DNA from: an uncultured Thermoleophilaceae bacterium
Lineage (GTDB): Bacteria; Actinomycetota; Thermoleophilia; Solirubrobacterales; Thermoleophilaceae
Reading direction: 5' to 3'
NCBI GenBank assembly: GCA_963825775.1
Contig: CAWGUV010000010.1
Span: 43,144 to 107,143 of the forward strand
Length of the DNA stretch: 64,000 nucleotides
Each line of letters begins with the position of its first letter. Positions within the stretch are counted from its first letter, which is position 1. This document shows, piece by piece, positions 60,043-64,000 of this stretch. Both the position numbers and the translations under genes were made by a program. Below the pieces are notes generated by a model. That model saw only the letters and a program-made list of their open reading frames with translations. It did not search any database and was not told the DNA's origin.

Positions 60043-60576
60043 TTAAGCGGCCGCGGCCACGTTCTTTCGCAGTTTTTCCAGCCGGCCGCGCACGCTGGCG
60101 TCCAGCACCATGTTGCCGACCTGCAGCACCAGCCCGCCCAGCACGTCCTCGTCGACGTTGCTGGTGAGCTCGACCTTCTGCCCGGTCTGGTCCTCGATCT
60201 TCTTGCCGATCCCCTCCACGGTCTGCGAGTCGAGCTCGACCGCGCTCGTGAGGGTTACCGGCAGCAGCTTGTTCTCCTCGCGCCAGAGCGAGTCGAAGCC
60301 TCTACGGATGCGGAAGATCGCCGGCATCCGGTGGCGTTCGGCAAGCAGCTCGAGGAAGCGCACGAAGCTCTCGTCGGCGTCCTCCAGCAGCTTGCCGATC
60401 GCTTCCTTCTTCTCTTGGGACGAGAAATAGGGCGAGAAGAAGAACACCTGGAGCTCGCGGCTCTCGTCGAGCGCGTCGGCGAACTGGCCGAGCTCCTCGT
60501 GCACGCGATCGAGGTCGCCGTGCTCGGAGGCGACCTCGAACAGCGAGCGGGAGTAGACCTCGGCGATCTCTTCCAT
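60043..60576 (-). CDS. atpH: F1 ATP synthase subunit delta (OSCP)
   Basis: 177 aa in operon position between atpF and atpA. C-terminal block DEDVLGGLVLQVGNMVLDASVRGRLEKL. Confidence 0.88.
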   Translation of the reverse strand: MEEIAEVYSRSLFEVASEHGDLDRVHEELGQFADALDESRELQVFFFSPYFSSQEKKEAIGKLLEDADESFVRFLELLAERHRMPAIFRIRRGFDSLWREENKLLPVTLTSAVELDSQTVEGIGKKIEDQTGQKVELTSNVDEDVLGGLVLQVGNMVLDASVRGRLEKLRKNVAAAA

Positions 60577-60581
60577 CAGGG

Positions 60582-61148
60582 CTAGTTGTCCTCCGGCGCG
60601 AGGGCCGAGAAGTCGACCTCGCTCAGCGCCTCTTCGATGAGCCGCTTGTGGTCGTCGGAGTCGAGCGACTTGCGCGTGACCTTCTCCGTGGCGATCACGG
60701 TGAGGTCGGCGACCTCCTTGCGGATCTCGTCCAGCGCCCGCCGGGTCTCGGCCTCGATGTCCTTGCGCGTGGTCTCCATGAGCTCCTCGCGGTACTTCTT
60801 GGCGTCGATCTTGGTCTCATCGAGGTGGGAGTCGGCCGCCCTACGGGAGCGCGCCACGATGTCGTCCGCCTGCTCGCGCGCCTCCTTCAGCCGGGCGCGG
60901 TACTCCTCCAGCAGCTGATCGGCCTCCTGCTTGGCGTGCTCAGCGGCGTCGAGCGACTCCGCGATGGCGTCCGCCCGGCGCTGGAGGAACTCATCGATCT
61001 GCGGGTAGGCGTACTTGCGCAGGATCAGGAACGCGGCCCCGAAGGCGATCAGCGTCCAGATCATCAGGCCGACGTTCGGCGAGACCAGGAAGCTGCCGCC
61101 CTCCTCCTCGGAGGCGGCCAGCACCAGTGTGTTGAGCAGGGCGTCCAA
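60582..61148 (-). CDS. atpF: Fo ATP synthase subunit b
   Basis: 188 aa with a single N-terminal TM LMIWTLIAFGAAFLIL followed by a long charged helix. Operon position supports the call. Confidence 0.88.
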   Translation of the reverse strand: MDALLNTLVLAASEEEGGSFLVSPNVGLMIWTLIAFGAAFLILRKYAYPQIDEFLQRRADAIAESLDAAEHAKQEADQLLEEYRARLKEAREQADDIVARSRRAADSHLDETKIDAKKYREELMETTRKDIEAETRRALDEIRKEVADLTVIATEKVTRKSLDSDDHKRLIEEALSEVDFSALAPEDN

Positions 61149-61151
61149 GGC

Positions 61152-61427
61152 CTAGAGGAAGAACGCGATCAGGCCGAAGATGAACGTGTAGAAGGCGACC
61201 GCCTCGCAGAGCGCGAAGCCGAGCCAGCGGATCTGCTGGAGGTCGTCCTTCATCTCTGGCTGGCGGGCGACCGACTCGATCTCGGACGCGAAGATCAGGC
61301 CGATGCCGATGCCGGCGCCGATCGAGCCCAGGCCGGCGCCGACGCCGAGGGCGATCGCCTTGCCGGCGGCCTCGGTTGCCTCCGCCTGCGCGGCGCCTCC
61401 TTGTGCAAGTTGAAGCAGCGTGTTCAA
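61152..61427 (-). CDS. atpE: Fo ATP synthase subunit c
   Basis: 91 aa hairpin with the GxGxGxG helix [16 protein letters not shown], an RQPE loop, and the ion-binding Glu in FALCEAVAF. Confidence 0.92.
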   Translation of the reverse strand: MNTLLQLAQGGAAQAEATEAAGKAIALGVGAGLGSIGAGIGIGLIFASEIESVARQPEMKDDLQQIRWLGFALCEAVAFYTFIFGLIAFFL

Positions 61428-61435
61428 GCTTCCTC

Positions 61436-62335
61436 CTAGTGGGACTCGGCGGTCGCGCCGCCGAGATAGATGGACGTGAGGATTGCGAAGATGAATGCCT
61501 GCAGGGTGGCCACCAGGCCGACCTCGAACAGGAAGAACGGGATCGCCATGCCGAGCGTGAAGACGCCGACGGCCGAGAGCCCGAGCAGGACGACGAGTCC
61601 GCCGGCCATGAACAGGATCAGCAGGTGGCCGGCGAGGATATTGGCGAACAACCGGACAGACAGCGAGATGATCCGCACGAAGTCCGAGATCACCTCGATC
61701 ACGAACAGCGGCGCCGCCCCCGCGCCGGACATGCCCGGCGGGACGAAGCTCTTCATGAAGCCGAAGAAGCCCTTCACCCGGATGCCCTCGACGTGGTACG
61801 CGACCCAGACGACCAGGGTCAGGACCAGCGGGATCGAGATGTTCGCGGTCGCGGCATAGATCGCGAACGCAGGCAGTTCGAGCCCGAACACCTCAACCGT
61901 GTGCTCGGTGTTGGTCGGCAGCGGGATGTACCCGATCATGTTCGAGAACCAGATGAAGAAGAAGATGGTCACGATGAACGCGAACCACTTCTTGGCCATC
62001 GTCTCGTCCATGTTCTGCCCCACGAGGTTCTTGCGGATGCCGTCGTAGGCCCATTCCGTGCCGGCCTGGACCTTGTTCGGCCGGGTGGTCATGCGGCGCG
62101 CGATCCAGAGCAACGTCCCGGTGGTGAGCGTGGCCGCGATGAAGAGGTACATCACGGCCTTGTTGATGCTCATGTCGATCGGACCGAGCTTGAGCTCGAT
62201 CCAGGGGTCGAGCTTGAACTCGTTCTGGGGCTGGAACTCCTCGTTCTTGCCGTCGGAGCCGAATATCGCGAACAGGATCAGCGCGAAGGCGAACCAGACC
62301 GCGAGCCCGATGAGGACCTTCGTCCTGGTTTTCAT
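61436..62335 (-). CDS. atpB: Fo ATP synthase subunit a
   Basis: 299 aa polytopic protein with the essential Arg block [17 protein letters not shown]. Confidence 0.92.
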   Translation of the reverse strand: MKTRTKVLIGLAVWFAFALILFAIFGSDGKNEEFQPQNEFKLDPWIELKLGPIDMSINKAVMYLFIAATLTTGTLLWIARRMTTRPNKVQAGTEWAYDGIRKNLVGQNMDETMAKKWFAFIVTIFFFIWFSNMIGYIPLPTNTEHTVEVFGLELPAFAIYAATANISIPLVLTLVVWVAYHVEGIRVKGFFGFMKSFVPPGMSGAGAAPLFVIEVISDFVRIISLSVRLFANILAGHLLILFMAGGLVVLLGLSAVGVFTLGMAIPFFLFEVGLVATLQAFIFAILTSIYLGGATAESH

Positions 62336-62745
62336 CGGCGGGCCGCGTCCTCGAGCGGCTTCACGATCAGAAGGGTCACGAAGAAGGTGGTGAACAGTGC
62401 GACGGCCAGCAAACCTGCCGCCACGCCGGCCTCGCGCTCGATCAGCCCCGCGGTGAGCACGCTCAGCCCGAGCAGCCAGATCCGGGCGACCATCGTGCCC
62501 CCGATCACGCCGATCGCGGCGCGCCTATCGCCCGTCTCGACGGCCTTCGCGGCCGCGAAGTTCTGGAGCAGGCGCTGGGCGATCCACGCCACCGCGACGA
62601 TGGCGTAGGCCACCAACGGGAAGCCGCCCACGAGGAAAACGGGCAGGGCCAGGGCAAGCACCCCGAGGTCGAGGTTCTTGAGGACCGTCAGACCGGTGCC
62701 TGATTGGCTGGAAGCTGGGGTTTTTTCGAGGGCGTGCGTGGTCAA
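62332..62745 (-). CDS. Small membrane protein upstream of atpB (AtpI-like, tentative)
   Basis: 137 aa with four hydrophobic segments and an ATGA overlap with atpB. The call rests on position and topology only. Confidence 0.55.
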   Translation of the reverse strand: MTTHALEKTPASSQSGTGLTVLKNLDLGVLALALPVFLVGGFPLVAYAIVAVAWIAQRLLQNFAAAKAVETGDRRAAIGVIGGTMVARIWLLGLSVLTAGLIEREAGVAAGLLAVALFTTFFVTLLIVKPLEDAARR

Positions 62746-62774
62746 GAGGGTCCCGAGGGACGGAGGACTCTATC

Positions 62775-63959
62775 TCAGACCACTCGCAGCAGAGCCTCCA
62801 CCACGCGCTCGTCGAACTGGCGCCCCGCGCCGCGCCGCAACTCGTCAGATGCCGCCTGCGGATCGAGTGGCGGGCGGTACGGCCGAACGGCGGTCATCGC
62901 CTCGTAGGCGTCCGCCACGCCGAGGATCGCCGCCTCCAGCGGGACCTCCGCCGCGTCGCGCCCGTCCGGGTAGCCGGTGCCGTCGGGGCGCTCGTGGTGG
63001 GCATGGATCCAGTCGCCGATATCGCCGAAGTCGGTGGTCTGCAGCATCCGCGCGCCGATCTCCGGGTGCGAGCGCACCCAGTGCCATTCCTCCTCGTCGA
63101 GCGGGCCCGCCTTGGCGAGCAGCTCGTCCGGCACGCCCACGCGGCCGACGTCGTGGAGGATCCCGGCGATCCGCACCCGCTCGACCGAATCGGGCGCCAG
63201 GCCCAGCTCGCGGGCGATCAGCTCGGAGTAGCGCCCCACGCGCTGGCAGTGGGTGGAGCTGCCGCTGTCGCGCACATCCAGGGCCTCGGCGAGGGAGAGC
63301 AGCGTGGCCAGCTCCACGTGAGCCTCCTCGCGCCCTCGCGGCGCGCGGGCCAGGATGCCGGGCACCTCGGCGCTGGAGATCACCGTGCGGTTGCGGCCCA
63401 GGCGCTTGGCGGCGTAGAGCGCCTGGTCGCCGGCCTGGAGCAGCGAGGCCGCCGTCTGGCCGTGGACCGGGAAGCTGGCGATGCCGAAGCTGGCGGTGAC
63501 GCCGCCGCGTCCCTGGCGGCCCGATGACAGCTCCACCGCGCCCCGGATGCGCTCGGCGAGGATGTAGGCGCCGTGCTCGTCGGTGTCAGGGGCGAGGATC
63601 GCGAACTCCTCGCCGCCCACCCGCGCGGCGGCGTCCCAGCTGCGCTTGCCCGAGCTGAGGGCGTCGCCCACCGCGCGCAGCACCTCGTCGCCCGCGGCGT
63701 GCCCGAACTCGTCGTTGATCTCCTTGAAGTGGTCGAGGTCACCGACGATCACGCTCAGCGCCTGCTCGGTGCGGCGCGCGCGCTCGATCTCCACGTCGAA
63801 CGCCTCCTGGAACCCGCGCCGGTTGAGCAGCCCGGTGAGCGGATCGCGGCGCGCGGCGTCGCTGAGGTTGGAGATCACATCGCTGAGGCGGTCCCGGACC
63901 ACGGACACGACCAGGCCCACCAGCAGGAGCGTGCCGATGGTGGTCACCCACTCCGCCAC
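62775..63959 (-). CDS. GGDEF diguanylate cyclase + HD-GYP phosphodiesterase dual-domain protein (may start beyond window end)
   Basis: DPLTGLLNRRGF...RVGGEEFAIL (GGEEF active site) is followed by ILHDVGRVGVPD...HHERPDGTGYPDG (HD-GYP). A GTG start lies at 63959 with a TM helix after it, but the frame stays open to nt 64000. Confidence 0.85.
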   Translation of the reverse strand: MAEWVTTIGTLLLVGLVVSVVRDRLSDVISNLSDAARRDPLTGLLNRRGFQEAFDVEIERARRTEQALSVIVGDLDHFKEINDEFGHAAGDEVLRAVGDALSSGKRSWDAAARVGGEEFAILAPDTDEHGAYILAERIRGAVELSSGRQGRGGVTASFGIASFPVHGQTAASLLQAGDQALYAAKRLGRNRTVISSAEVPGILARAPRGREEAHVELATLLSLAEALDVRDSGSSTHCQRVGRYSELIARELGLAPDSVERVRIAGILHDVGRVGVPDELLAKAGPLDEEEWHWVRSHPEIGARMLQTTDFGDIGDWIHAHHERPDGTGYPDGRDAAEVPLEAAILGVADAYEAMTAVRPYRPPLDPQAASDELRRGAGRQFDERVVEALLRVV

Positions 63960-64000
63960 CGGCGTGTGGGCCAGATCGCGGTCGGCCAGCTCCAGCGCGA

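Overview
Very GC-rich (about 70% by eye) actinobacterial-type chromosomal segment. The phylum call rests on an LAXTG sorting signal, a Tat-signal PhoD, and many ATGA/GTGA/TTGA stop-start overlaps. A Thermoleophilia/Solirubrobacterales-like origin is only a guess. All homology calls come from motif recognition by eye, with no database search.

Layout:
(1) nt 1-3400: ahcY 5' end, a MerR regulator, a DHFR-like gene, phosphomannose isomerase and manC. Most of these have broken reading frames.
(2) nt 3400-38000: a ~35 kb cell-envelope glycan locus. It holds ugd, an LCP ligase, several GT4/GT2 glycosyltransferases, a GT2+WsaF-like fusion, Wzm/Wzt ABC exporter genes with a Wzt C-terminal glycan-binding domain, and an acyltransferase_3. 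It also holds a sulfatase-like enzyme, five SAM methyltransferases, a PhyH-type dioxygenase, a hexapeptide acetyltransferase, and two polyprenyl-phosphate sugar synthases. Completing it are a PMT/ArnT-like GT-C gene, a WaaL/Wzy_C-like ligase and a small LAXTG-anchored Ser/Thr-rich protein.
(3) nt 38000-47700: secreted clan-A glycosidase-like protein, PhoD, a TetR+AidB pair, LysM-SLT and two M23 peptidases, and a crotonase. One M23 peptidase lies behind a clear c-di-AMP (ydaO-type) riboswitch.
(4) nt 47760-51450: the most interesting part. Three paralogous small acidic peptide ORFs, not called separately in the ORF track, surround a radical SAM enzyme with a fused C-terminal PqqD-like domain. 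A formyltransferase-fold gene and a GT1 glycosyltransferase are adjacent. This is a candidate uncharacterised RiPP-type system.
(5) nt 51450-55470: CDF transporter, VOC protein, primary-like sigma factor and small or secreted hypotheticals.
(6) nt 55465-62745: a complete, intact F1Fo ATP synthase operon (atpI-like, B, E, F, H, A, G, D, C) with acidic C-terminal extensions on alpha and beta.
(7) nt 62775-end: a GGDEF + HD-GYP protein.

No rRNA, tRNA, CRISPR or mobile-element genes were seen. About 20 inferred frame breaks hit 13 conserved genes. All lie in nt 1-3400 and nt 13900-34100.
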